64,000 bases of DNA. Source: Candidatus Bathyarchaeia archaeon (GTDB taxonomy: Archaea; Thermoproteota; Bathyarchaeia; Bathyarchaeales; Bathycorpusculaceae). The translations under genes were made by a program, and so were the position numbers. The stretch is from positions 1 to 64,000 of the forward strand of contig JBEKBM010000002.1 in the NCBI GenBank assembly GCA_050015395.1, in the 5' to 3' direction. Positions 41,640 through 51,572 of this stretch are shown one piece after another. The first letter of the stretch is position 1. Every line of letters starts with the position of its first letter. The notes beneath the pieces were generated by a model, which saw only the letters and a program-made list of their open reading frames with translations, was not told the origin of the DNA and ran no database searches.

Positions 41640-42539
41640 ATCAAAAGTCTAAGCCTAATTAATCAAAACCCTCCACCTATACGTGAAGTCGCAAACAAAT
41701 CTATTACTACTCTTAGGGTTCAGCAAAATAAGCTGGAGCAAGCGAGTTTTCGATTAAAAGAAAGAGACCGCATACTTTTTGAAACTTGCATGGGTGCGTT
41801 GAAAAAGAATAATAGGGAAAAGGCTGCGATTTGCGCTACTGAGCTTGCTGAAGTCCGAAAGCTTGTAAAGTTTCTATATAATGTTCAGTTAGCTATTGAA
41901 CGAGTGATTCTCCGTCTTGAAACAATAAAAGAACTAGGCGACATTGTTTCGGAGTTGAAGCCTGCATTGCGGTTGCTTCAAAATGTTTCTCAAGAGCTAT
42001 TTCAGGTCTTACCTGATGTTAGCTCGGAACTCGATAACGTTAATTACGCTATCCAAGAGACGCTTCATGCAACAAAGCTCTCCACTGACGAAAATTTGAT
42101 TCCGGTTGGCAAGAAGACGGAAGGCGGCGAAGAAATACTAAAGGAAGTTACATGCTTCATGCAGCAAAAGATAGCTGAAACTCTTCCAGAGCCACCTGCC
42201 GTTTCACCAGTGAAAGAGAAGACACCGATTAAGGAGCTTGTTGCTCTCACCGCTAGCTCTTCACAGGTGTTTGGGCATAAAACTTCCGAAGAAACTGGAA
42301 TGGAATCATCAAAGACTTTATTCTCCTACAAGAAGTCTGAAATTAAAGAGTTCTCATTGAAGGTTGAGAAGCCTTGCTTGGAAGATGTGCTTCTCGAATA
42401 TGTCCGCAAGACTAATGGTGAGGTAGATTTAAGTCGCTGTTCAAGTGAACTGCAAACTTCCAATGAAGAAATTGAGCGTGCCCTTGAAAGTTTGGGAACA
42501 AAGGGCAAGATAAAAATTGAGTTAAAATCGCCTGAATAG
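41640..42539 (+). CDS. cdvB: ESCRT-III CdvB with C-terminal wH domain (frame open ~50 codons upstream of ATG 41790)
   Basis: Snf7 core ATELAEVRK...LETIKELGD, Pro-rich LPEPP, wH tail; GGAGGG then ATC at 41640. Confidence 0.85.
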   Translation: MKSLSLINQNPPPIREVANKSITTLRVQQNKLEQASFRLKERDRILFETCMGALKKNNREKAAICATELAEVRKLVKFLYNVQLAIERVILRLETIKELGDIVSELKPALRLLQNVSQELFQVLPDVSSELDNVNYAIQETLHATKLSTDENLIPVGKKTEGGEEILKEVTCFMQQKIAETLPEPPAVSPVKEKTPIKELVALTASSSQVFGHKTSEETGMESSKTLFSYKKSEIKEFSLKVEKPCLEDVLLEYVRKTNGEVDLSRCSSELQTSNEEIERALESLGTKGKIKIELKSPE

Positions 42540-42551
42540 GAAAAGAAAAAA

Positions 42552-43736
42552 ATGAGCGCCTCAAATGAACTAGAGAAAGCAGCGACAGGGTACGCTTTAG
42601 ATGCTGTACGCTTAGATAAGCAAGGACAAAAAGGCAGAGCCATAACTTTCTATCAAAAAGCAATCGAGAGTCTCTTGCAACTTGTGCAGCTTTACCCCGA
42701 ATACGGTTTGAATAAAGTTTACGTTCAACGAGCAATCGCTTACCAAGAAAGAATCAAAGCATTGCAAGGAGCCGTTTCATCAGCTGAAATGAATGAAGCA
42801 AGCAACACTGATGGTCAGGGTGGAGGAGCAACATTAGATGGAACCGGCAATGGAAGCGGAAAACCAAATAATGAAGAACTTATAATCACCGAGAAACCCA
42901 AAGTAAGTTGGGATGAAGTCATAGGATTAGAAACTGCCAAAAAAGCAGTGAAAGAAGCCATTGTTTATCCAGTTCAAAGGCCTGATTTGTTCCCGTTAGG
43001 CTGGCCACGTGGTATATTGTTTTTTGGTCCACCTGGCTGCGGTAAAACTTTGTTGGCGGCAGCGGTTGCAACGGAGATTGATGCTAACTTCTACTCTATT
43101 GATGCTGCATCTATTATGTCAAAGTGGCTTGGGGAAGCTGAGCAGAACGTCGCTAAATTGTTTGGTTCAGCTCGCAAATCCTCAAACGAGGGTAAACCAG
43201 CCATCGTGTTTGTTGACGAATTAGAATCGCTAATGGGAGCGCATTCCAATGAGGTCGGCGGAGAAATTCGCGTCCGCAACCAGTTCCTAAAGGAAATGGA
43301 CGGCATTGTTGACAAGGGCAAGGCTCTTCATGTTTACGTTATTGGCGCTACGAATAAGCCTTGGGATTTGGATTGGGCGTTTATTAGACGCTTCCAGAAA
43401 AGAATTCTTGTACCATTAGCAGATCATAACACCAGATTAAGCATGCTAAAGCTTTACTCGAGCAATCTGCAGATAGACACAGATGTGGACTTGCATGAGT
43501 TAGCTCGGCTTTCTGAGGGCTTCTCAGGAAGCGATATACGTGATGTTTGCCAATCTGCCCAGCTAAAACTTATCGGAGAATTCTTCGAGTCAGGCAAAGC
43601 AATGGATAGAGAGGCTAAGCCGAGATCTTTAACGATGGCTGATTTCCGCCAAATCTTGGAAGAGCGAAAACCAAGCGTCTCCTTAGATATGTTGTCGATG
43701 TATAACAGGTGGTTCGAGGCTTTCAAAGCGTTGTAA
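42552..43736 (+). CDS. cdvC: Vps4/CdvC AAA ATPase
   Basis: MIT domain, GPPGCGKT, SKWLGEAE, ATNKPWDLD..FIRRF. Confidence 0.95.
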   Translation: MSASNELEKAATGYALDAVRLDKQGQKGRAITFYQKAIESLLQLVQLYPEYGLNKVYVQRAIAYQERIKALQGAVSSAEMNEASNTDGQGGGATLDGTGNGSGKPNNEELIITEKPKVSWDEVIGLETAKKAVKEAIVYPVQRPDLFPLGWPRGILFFGPPGCGKTLLAAAVATEIDANFYSIDAASIMSKWLGEAEQNVAKLFGSARKSSNEGKPAIVFVDELESLMGAHSNEVGGEIRVRNQFLKEMDGIVDKGKALHVYVIGATNKPWDLDWAFIRRFQKRILVPLADHNTRLSMLKLYSSNLQIDTDVDLHELARLSEGFSGSDIRDVCQSAQLKLIGEFFESGKAMDREAKPRSLTMADFRQILEERKPSVSLDMLSMYNRWFEAFKAL

Positions 43737-44180
43737 CATGGAGGGCAAAAACAAAAACCAAAACAATGGGTTGGGTGGAAAGGTTTGGAGAAATTATATT
43801 TTTGCTCGCTCTCCCTTCTCCCCCTCAATGTGTCTCCAAACCCCACAACCCAATATTTTGTTTTGGATAACAGAAAAATTAAGGTTCTTTCATTTCTTCT
43901 CTGAATGTCTCTTCGAGCATTTTCTTGTTTATGCCTATTTCTTCTGCTAAGCGTTTAACCTGTTTACGTAAGTTCTGAAAAGGCTTTTCAAAATTTCAGC
44001 TTTTTCTTTTTTGAAAGTTCTTTTTCTTCGCCCAGCAACAGAGCAAATCATTTCCTGAGGTTTGTCAGTAGGTAGGCTTTAACCCAGTATGGTTGAAATT
44101 TTGCCGCTGGCATTTAGTAAACAAAGTACAATTAGCTTGCGGATTATGTCATTGTTTAAATATTTCTTGCGCACACTGGT

Positions 44181-45044
44181 TTGTTTATGAGCTACAAGCC
44201 TCAAACTGGTTCACGCCGGAGCGCTGCTCGGCAATACTCAAAGTCTGCGCATGAAAAGAAAGCAAAGGAAAAAAAGCAGCGGTTAGGCGGCAACTACTAT
44301 CAAGAAGAAACGGAGATTTCTGCAAAGGAGGTTGTCGAAAAAAATCTGGGCATCTTAAGCAAGCTTGGCAATCAAATTTTTGCGCTTTCACCTTTCAGCC
44401 AATATTTCGATGATTGGCTCGTTAATCTGCGCCAAATAATTTCAGAATTCGAGTCAAACCCCTCCATAAGTGTAGACGAGCAATTTGTTAAGGAGCGTTC
44501 CCAGGTTTTCTTAGACGTTGAAGGTGCACTTGCCGAAAAAAGGCTTCAAGAAACAAACCTCACGGGTGAAGAAAAGGAACTAGCGGACAACAATCATCTT
44601 CTGGTTGAAACCGATAAAGAATATGCTGAAAAAGTAAGAGAGCTAAGTTTCAAGCGAAACGCAGATGTTCAGCGTTTAAGTACTGAAATCCGCGAGTTAG
44701 AGGATGACGTGGCAGGTCAGGAAGAAATTAAAATCCGCTTTTACAAAGTGATGGCTCGGAGGAAAGCTGCAGAAAAACTTGTTCAGACAAGACAGGCATT
44801 AAAGTCCGCAAAGAACGGGTTAGAAGTAGCATTGCAGAGCTTCACTGCTGAACAAGAGAAGCTTCATGACAATTATGAGAAGAAGAAACAAGAGATTACA
44901 GAGAGAGTAGACGCTTTGCATAAAGCACTTGAAAAACTTGAAACCGACACATCCATAGATGCAAGACAAGCAGCATGCAACGCGCTGGCTAATACTATAA
45001 ATGCTCTTCTTCAAAGAACTCCTCCATCGTCTGAGAGTCAGTAG
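44181..45044 (+). CDS. Coiled-coil hypothetical protein
   Basis: 287-aa ORF, heptad-rich. Confidence 0.7.
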   Translation: MFMSYKPQTGSRRSAARQYSKSAHEKKAKEKKQRLGGNYYQEETEISAKEVVEKNLGILSKLGNQIFALSPFSQYFDDWLVNLRQIISEFESNPSISVDEQFVKERSQVFLDVEGALAEKRLQETNLTGEEKELADNNHLLVETDKEYAEKVRELSFKRNADVQRLSTEIRELEDDVAGQEEIKIRFYKVMARRKAAEKLVQTRQALKSAKNGLEVALQSFTAEQEKLHDNYEKKKQEITERVDALHKALEKLETDTSIDARQAACNALANTINALLQRTPPSSESQ

Positions 45045-45096
45045 CCAGAATTTACAAGGTAAAAGCTAACCGAGCGTTTAACCCACTTAAGCTGGT

Positions 45097-45288
45097 TTAC
45101 GCTTGTTGTTCTTGACCCATCAGGATTTTTAGCGATTTAGCTTCTTCTCGTAATGAGGCAATTTCACTTTCTAAAGCAGTAGCTTTTGCATCAGCCATTT
45201 TTTTGAGTTCTTCAATTTCAAGTAAAAGATTTTTCTTCTCAGCTTCTAAACTTTTTATTTTTTCAATTGTATCTTTTAGGCTGCTCAT
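45097..45288 (-). CDS. Small coiled-coil protein
   Basis: 63 aa continuous heptads; GAGGGG RBS. Confidence 0.7.
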   Translation of the reverse strand: MSSLKDTIEKIKSLEAEKKNLLLEIEELKKMADAKATALESEIASLREEAKSLKILMGQEQQA

Positions 45289-45532
45289 TTTCTGTTTCCC
45301 CTCAGCGGCTAATACATTTCTCTTTTTTACACTTAAAACTTTTGCAACTAAATCTTATTTCAAGAAAAGGCAAACCAAACCCTTTGGAAAAAATCTTTGA
45401 GAAAATGGCTAAAAATTCTTTTTTTAATTACACTTGAAACAGGACCTAGGGCTTCTGAAAAATGTAGCTTTTATATATGAATTTGCAAATTAAACATACT
45501 GTTTATCTCTCATATTGTTGGACTGAATCTCA

Positions 45533-46849
45533 ATGAGAAAGACGATATTTAAAAAGCTTGAAGCGCAAGGGCTAATTGCGAATTATAATCGTTTAAGAAA
45601 GAATCTGCCGCCTAAACTTCCCGACCGAGTGTTTATTTGGGATGAAACCTTCAGGGAAGGCATCAAAGCGCCAACAGTTTATTTAACTTACGTTGAGCAA
45701 GTTAGGCTGGCGAAGTTAATGGACGAAGCAGGCGTCGCTGAGATTAACGTGGGTTTCCCGGCTTTGTCAGAAGATGAAAAACGCAATGTTAAACGCATTG
45801 TAAATGAAAGTTTCTCAAACGTGAAGATTACGGCTTCCGCTGAGCCAACCAAAAACAGTGTAGGCGCCTGCCTAGAATGCGGTATAAAAGAAGTAACCAT
45901 TGAGTCACCCTTTAATGGTTTAAACTTGCAATACACGTTGAAATTAACTAAAGAGCAAGCCCAACAAAGAATAGTTGAAAGCATAGATTACGCAAAAAAG
46001 CATGGCGCAACCGTGAACTTCGTTCTCATGGACGGCACCAGAACCCCGCTTGAAGATATTTTACAAGTTTTTGAAGCAGCAGCCACCGCTGGAGCAAGAA
46101 GGTTAGCGATAGCTGACAGTGTTGGATTCATAAGACCGCTTTCTATGCGTTATTTAATGTCGCACGTTCGAGATGGTTTACCTGATTCCGTAAAAAATAA
46201 AGTAGCGCTTTCAATTCACTGTCACAACGATTTCGGGATGGCAACCGCAAACACTCTGGCTGCTGTGGAAGAAGGCGTATCATACGTGCACACATGCATC
46301 GCGGGCTTTGGTGAACGCGCTGGAATAGCTCCTTTTGAGGAAGTTGTAACAGCGTTAGAGCTCCTCTACAATATTGACACAGGCGTTGATTTAGGAAAAA
46401 TTTATAGGATAGCTCAAACAGCTGAAAAAGCCTTCGCTTTACCCATTCAATTCCATAAGCCCATAATTGGCGAAAACATTTTCACCCATGAAGTAGAAGA
46501 GGACGTAGAGGAAATGATGGCTCACCCCTTAGTTTTCGAGCCCTTCCCACCTGAAATCGTAGGCAGAGAAACAACAATTTTCGTCGGCAGAAATACTGGG
46601 CAAACACTCATACAGAAGCTTTTGGAGAAAGCAGGAATCAGAGCTTCACCACGGCAAATGGACGAGCTCTTCAGGCGCATTAAGGGTCCGCAGGAAAGCT
46701 TAGACAAAGGCGAAGCCCAAATGACATATTACCAAGTGAAAAAACTCATGAAGGACCTGCTTAAGGGCTATACCATGGACGAGTTCTGGCGTTTAGTTGA
46801 ACAGGTAACAAGACAAAAACCCAAATTGCCGAAAGAAAGCAAACAATAA
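45533..46849 (+). CDS. LeuA/homocitrate synthase (DRE-TIM) family protein
   Basis: DETFREG, HCHNDFGMATAN, GFGERAG. Confidence 0.85.
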   Translation: MRKTIFKKLEAQGLIANYNRLRKNLPPKLPDRVFIWDETFREGIKAPTVYLTYVEQVRLAKLMDEAGVAEINVGFPALSEDEKRNVKRIVNESFSNVKITASAEPTKNSVGACLECGIKEVTIESPFNGLNLQYTLKLTKEQAQQRIVESIDYAKKHGATVNFVLMDGTRTPLEDILQVFEAAATAGARRLAIADSVGFIRPLSMRYLMSHVRDGLPDSVKNKVALSIHCHNDFGMATANTLAAVEEGVSYVHTCIAGFGERAGIAPFEEVVTALELLYNIDTGVDLGKIYRIAQTAEKAFALPIQFHKPIIGENIFTHEVEEDVEEMMAHPLVFEPFPPEIVGRETTIFVGRNTGQTLIQKLLEKAGIRASPRQMDELFRRIKGPQESLDKGEAQMTYYQVKKLMKDLLKGYTMDEFWRLVEQVTRQKPKLPKESKQ

Positions 46850-46878
46850 TCCCCGTAAACAGCTGATCAGCTGCTAAC

Positions 46879-47928
46879 TTAACAGAATTTCAGTTGCTTT
46901 TTTATTTTTTCTATCTCTTCTCGGCTTGTTTTTCTTGGGTAATTGTAGATTGGTCCGCTTGGTTTTTCATTGTAAAAGGGTCGATTGCAATTTGGACAGC
47001 CGGAGGTAAGAAAGGGCGTTCCATCTTCAATTATCTGTTTTAACCTATGGCTTGCTATACCGAAATTTGTTATTTTGTCCTCATTATCAAAATGCATATC
47101 TTCATACCTTACTAAACCATTAACCATTAAGAACCTCATAAGCTGCACTCGCCTGTATGATTCAAGCGGCGGCGGAGAATTATTTTCCAATCTTGTGCCT
47201 CGAATTGGTGTGAAAGCGAAAAGAGCTGGCAGAACACTCATGTCTACGCATTTTTGAATTATTTGGGCTGCTTCCTTTTCTGTCTCGCCTAGCCCAACAA
47301 TCAGGTGAGTGCTCACGTTTCCCTTTCCAAAAACCGCTATTGCTTCACTTAACAGGCTGAACTGGTTTTCCCAACCGTAAGAGTTGCCTGCATCTTTACC
47401 CTTAACTTTATCGAATAAGGCTTCGGTTGCCGCATCCAATGCTACACCTAACCTGTTAACACCTGCCTTTGCCAAAAGCTCAATATTGACAGCATTAAGT
47501 GGTTGGCAAGAAACCGAGACTGGAACCGCAGCTTGTTTCTTTATTTCCTTCACGAGCGCTTCAAGATGCACAAAAACTTGTGGGTAATTTAGGGCTTGGA
47601 TGCAAACGCGCTTAATTTTTCCCTGCCTAGACATGGTGCCAAGTGCTGTTAGGACGTTTGAGGTTGGAAAAGTTGGCCATGAAACCCTTGACAGCAGTTC
47701 CGCGTTGCTTTTGCTTCCTCTGGCTTGGGGGCAAAAACCGCAGTTAGCCGTGCACTTGCCCATCTTGTAAGTCATCAGGTACGCCGTTGTAGGCTCGGCA
47801 TCTAACTTGCCTTTTAACAGTTCAAGAACTATAGCAGTGCCTGTTGAAACACGAATTTGCTCTGGTAAGCCGCTTTGATTTGAGCATGTTTTTTCTGGCA
47901 AAGACTGCACCGAAATTAAAGGTAGCAT
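46879..47928 (-). CDS. lipS2: Radical SAM protein, archaeal lipoyl synthase LipS2 type
   Basis: CTANCGFC plus TSGCPNCNRP, matching the LipS2 TxGCPxC(N/D)RP motif. Confidence 0.75.
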   Translation of the reverse strand: MLPLISVQSLPEKTCSNQSGLPEQIRVSTGTAIVLELLKGKLDAEPTTAYLMTYKMGKCTANCGFCPQARGSKSNAELLSRVSWPTFPTSNVLTALGTMSRQGKIKRVCIQALNYPQVFVHLEALVKEIKKQAAVPVSVSCQPLNAVNIELLAKAGVNRLGVALDAATEALFDKVKGKDAGNSYGWENQFSLLSEAIAVFGKGNVSTHLIVGLGETEKEAAQIIQKCVDMSVLPALFAFTPIRGTRLENNSPPPLESYRRVQLMRFLMVNGLVRYEDMHFDNEDKITNFGIASHRLKQIIEDGTPFLTSGCPNCNRPFYNEKPSGPIYNYPRKTSREEIEKIKKQLKFC

Positions 47929-48294
47929 AATGAGAAAACAGTATATTAGTTTAGGGTTAGAATCTATCCATTAAGAAATTTTGACTTAAAAATCTATGAG
48001 TAATGTCATTTCATTCAAGGTTAACCATATACTTTAGTCTCGCATGATTTCCCGAGTTTCTAGCATCAGATTCCACGCGGATGTAAAAAATTGCACCTGG
48101 TTAAGGGTCATGCGGAATACCTGCAGCTAACCGAACTTGCCCACATTTAGAACTATTTTTTTATAAATTCATCAACTATCCTGTGTCTAGGTTTCCTTGG
48201 CATAATTCAGGGTTTATGTCTGGGCAGATGAATTTTTTTAAATACCCCTATGATAAAATTTTGATAAAATACTTAGTCAAATAACCTTAAACCA

Positions 48295-50226
48295 TTGCTT
48301 GTGCGATATTCTTATCATGAAATGGAGTTGCCTGCAATGAAACAATTTTTAAGCGCATGTTTAATCGCCATCATTATTAGCGGCATTGCATTAGCAGGTG
48401 CTGTGCAATTTGGTACAGCTCAAAGCGGTACAAACGTACCTGACACAATTAGTAAAGACACCACATGGACACAAGCAAACAGCCCCTACACTCTTACTGG
48501 ACCTGTTACCGTTAACACTGGCGTGACATTGACAATCGAAGCTGGAGCAGTTATAGACTTCGGTAATGGCAACTACATTCAAGTAAACGGAACATTGGTA
48601 GCAACAGGCACAAACGCCAATAACATCCAATTCAACAATGGCACTATCACTTTTACTCCCGTGAGTAATGGCTGGAATGAACTTGCCAATTCAGGAAGCA
48701 TAATTCAACACGCAGACTTCGATGCCTGCCAAGTTAACGTACAATCGCCAGCGAAAATAGACCATGACACATTTAACGGTGGGAGGCCCAATTATGATGT
48801 TGACGCAAGTTGTGGTGTAATTTCAAACAATACCATGACCAACTTCTATGATTCTGGTATTGATTGCAGTGGAAATGCTTCAGTCTTGGATAACACTATC
48901 ATCGGCGGAAACACGGGCGGCATCAGCATCTCCTCGGGAAGCCCATTAATTCAGGGAAATCTGATAACAAACAATTTAGGTACAGATTCGAGTCAGAACG
49001 GAGGCGGAATTTATGTCGGATCTACAGCAGCAGCGCCAATTATCGAAAATAACGCCCTAACCGACAATGTCATCGGAATAGCTATAGGGTTCCAAGAAGG
49101 CACTGGCATAGTAGAGCCAAACATAATCAATAATAACATCTATAATAACCAGCAGTACAATTTCGAGTTGAATGGAATAGGCTACAATGTATCGGCAATC
49201 AACAATTGGTGGGGCACGACTGATACACAAGCGATAAACCGGACAATCTATGATTTTAAGGACAATTCCAACTTAGGTAACGTAAGCTTTGTTCCCTTCT
49301 TAGATTCTCCGAATACTCAAGCCCCGACTTTTGTAAATGCCACTGCCGGCTCGGGGGGCTCTATTTCCCCGAGCGGAGTCATCAGCACTAACTATGGTGG
49401 CAGTCAAACTTTCACCATAACACCGAATACTGGTTATTATGTCGTTAATGTTTTGGTGAATGGAACTTCTGTTGGCGCTGTTAGCTCTTATACTGTCAAA
49501 AACATTCAGGGAGCAACTACTATCTCAGCAACCTTTGCGATTAATACCTACAGCCTGACGGTTAATGTGGGTTCTGGTGGTTCTTCAAACATTGCTTCCC
49601 AGACGGTTAACTTTGGTTCAGTAGAGAACTTTGAGTTTACTCCTGATACAGGTTACAGCGTCGCTGACGTCGTGGTTAACGGAACTATCGGTGAAGGCGC
49701 AGTTACTTCTTTGAGTACAACTATTACTGGACCTACAACTGTATCTGTGAACTTTTCAATTAATACCTACACGATTACTATTACTCAGTCGGCTAATGGT
49801 CAGATTGCTCCTGGAACTACTACGGTTAATTATGGTGCCAATCAGAACTTCACTATAACGCCGAATAACGGATATTACATTGCAAGTATAACGGAGGATT
49901 CTGGTCCACTAATGGTTACTTCGCCTTCTGGTCAAACCGTTAACTTCACCCATGTTACTGCTGCTCACACGCTTACTGCGACATTTGCACCTAACCCAAC
50001 GCCAACACCAAGTTCAACACTTGCACCAACTGCATCTCCAACAGCCACACCAGCCCCCATTTCAACCCCAACGCCTGCACCAACTTTAACACCGAACCAA
50101 CTCTCTTCTACCTCAACCCAGAACCCAACTTCAATCTACGAAATACTCATTGTCGCCCTTGTTATCCTAATTATTGCATTTGTGATTGTTATAGCTGCAT
50201 TCATACGTGGGAAAAAGCATTTGTAA
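48295..50226 (+). CDS. Cell-surface protein: signal peptide, beta-helix, three beta-sandwich repeats, PT linker, C-terminal TM
   Basis: NNWWG, repeated F.ITP..GY.V..V.V, P/T-rich stalk, hydrophobic anchor. Confidence 0.85.
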   Translation: MLVRYSYHEMELPAMKQFLSACLIAIIISGIALAGAVQFGTAQSGTNVPDTISKDTTWTQANSPYTLTGPVTVNTGVTLTIEAGAVIDFGNGNYIQVNGTLVATGTNANNIQFNNGTITFTPVSNGWNELANSGSIIQHADFDACQVNVQSPAKIDHDTFNGGRPNYDVDASCGVISNNTMTNFYDSGIDCSGNASVLDNTIIGGNTGGISISSGSPLIQGNLITNNLGTDSSQNGGGIYVGSTAAAPIIENNALTDNVIGIAIGFQEGTGIVEPNIINNNIYNNQQYNFELNGIGYNVSAINNWWGTTDTQAINRTIYDFKDNSNLGNVSFVPFLDSPNTQAPTFVNATAGSGGSISPSGVISTNYGGSQTFTITPNTGYYVVNVLVNGTSVGAVSSYTVKNIQGATTISATFAINTYSLTVNVGSGGSSNIASQTVNFGSVENFEFTPDTGYSVADVVVNGTIGEGAVTSLSTTITGPTTVSVNFSINTYTITITQSANGQIAPGTTTVNYGANQNFTITPNNGYYIASITEDSGPLMVTSPSGQTVNFTHVTAAHTLTATFAPNPTPTPSSTLAPTASPTATPAPISTPTPAPTLTPNQLSSTSTQNPTSIYEILIVALVILIIAFVIVIAAFIRGKKHL

Positions 50227-50256
50227 TCGTTAAAGCTGTATTCATACGTGGGAAAA
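50193..50256. repeat. 23-bp direct repeat
   Basis: AGCTGCATTCATACGTGGGAAAA (50193) and AGCTGTATTCATACGTGGGAAAA (50234). Confidence 0.8.
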
Positions 50257-50260
50257 GGCG

Positions 50261-50656
50261 ATGAACGATCAAATGACAGTGGAGCTCTCTGGGCTTCATA
50301 AAATCCTGAAGGACCCTACAAGGAGAGAGATTCTAAAGTGCCTTAACGATAAAGGACCTTTGCCCTACGTCGAACTTATGGGTCTTGCAAAAGTTACTAA
50401 CACGGGCAGGTTCAATTACCACCTAAAGGTGTTGGGCGATCTTATAGAAAAACTGGGCGATGGACGATATAATCTAACGGAAAGAGGTCGCTTGGCGGCT
50501 CAAATGCTTGACGAGTTTCCAGAGAGGACAGTTCAAATACGCGAGCCAAAAAACAACAGCAAAAAATTGCTTATAGCAGCCGCAATACTTCTTGTTGGCA
50601 TTATTGCTATTTCTATACTTTTGATTATGATGGCAGCTAACGTAATCAAGCTTTAA
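50261..50656 (+). CDS. wHTH protein with C-terminal TM helix
   Basis: HKILKDPTRREIL...TGRFNYHLKVL..LI.K...Y.LTERG. Confidence 0.8.
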   Translation: MNDQMTVELSGLHKILKDPTRREILKCLNDKGPLPYVELMGLAKVTNTGRFNYHLKVLGDLIEKLGDGRYNLTERGRLAAQMLDEFPERTVQIREPKNNSKKLLIAAAILLVGIIAISILLIMMAANVIKL

Positions 50657-50807
50657 AGTAACATGCTGGAAACAACAGCCAGACAAGCCATCAAATCTTT
50701 TTAACCTAACTGGCACGTTAGGTTGGCAAAGCTTTATTATGTCACTGTGAAATTTTACATTCGGTCGAAAAAGAATGCTTGTGAACTTCTATGTGGCGTG
50801 AGTTGGT

Positions 50808-51473
50808 TTGGCGGCGAAGTTAACTGATTTAGGCTTCTTAAAAGGCGTAATTGCAGAGTGCATAGTTTCCACTTATAATATGGATGGGAAACCTAACGCG
50901 GCGCCAATGGGAGTCATCATGGAGGACGAGCAGCATCTCATCGTCAACCTTTTCAATTCGTCAACAACCTGCAGCAACATTAAAGCAAACAGGTGTGCGA
51001 TTGTAAATTTAACAAGTAACATAGAGGTTTTTTACAAAACAGCCTTCAAAGAAGCAAACATTGACGGCAAAGTGCCTCAAGAATGGTTTGAGCAAGCAAA
51101 AGCTGTTAACGCGCCTAAACTGCGTTTTGCAGATGCAACCATTGATGTTTCAGTCACTGATATGACGCAAATTGACACAGAAAAAACCAGAGTCGTGTGC
51201 AACGTAGAGTTAGTGCAGGCGACACGGAAACTTCCTCAGGTGCACTGCCGCGCCATGGACGCAACACTTGAAGCCATTATACATGCAACCCGCGTGAAAG
51301 CTTTTCTAAACGGTGAAGGGGAACAAAAAAAAGTTAGCAAACTTTTGGAACTGATTGAAGGCTGCAATGAAGTGGTTAATAGAGTAGCTCCAAACTCGTC
51401 CTATTCGATAGTTATGGCTGATTTGATGAAAAGAATAGATTCATGGAGGAACAAAACTGAAGGTTTACGTTAA
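50808..51473 (+). CDS. DUF447-family protein
   Basis: ECIVSTYN.DG.PNAAPMG...RA....LEAIIHATR. Confidence 0.8.
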   Translation: MAAKLTDLGFLKGVIAECIVSTYNMDGKPNAAPMGVIMEDEQHLIVNLFNSSTTCSNIKANRCAIVNLTSNIEVFYKTAFKEANIDGKVPQEWFEQAKAVNAPKLRFADATIDVSVTDMTQIDTEKTRVVCNVELVQATRKLPQVHCRAMDATLEAIIHATRVKAFLNGEGEQKKVSKLLELIEGCNEVVNRVAPNSSYSIVMADLMKRIDSWRNKTEGLR

Positions 51474-51572
51474 AGCTCCAGCTCGGCTACGTCTTGGGTC
51501 AAAAATGTCGGTGGGCAAGTCTTCATTGCAAAAGCAAACAATAAGGGAGCAACCATAAAACTTGTCAATTAA
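51457..51572 (+). pseudogene. Deletion scar of beta-RFAP synthase
   Basis: N-terminus (L)KVYVKAPARLRLG joined out of frame to C-terminus VGGQVFIAKANNKGATIKLVN*. Confidence 0.65.

Noticed and set aside
43738-43950. ORF after cdvC
   Set aside because: Low-complexity intergenic-like composition, Phe-rich from T tracts
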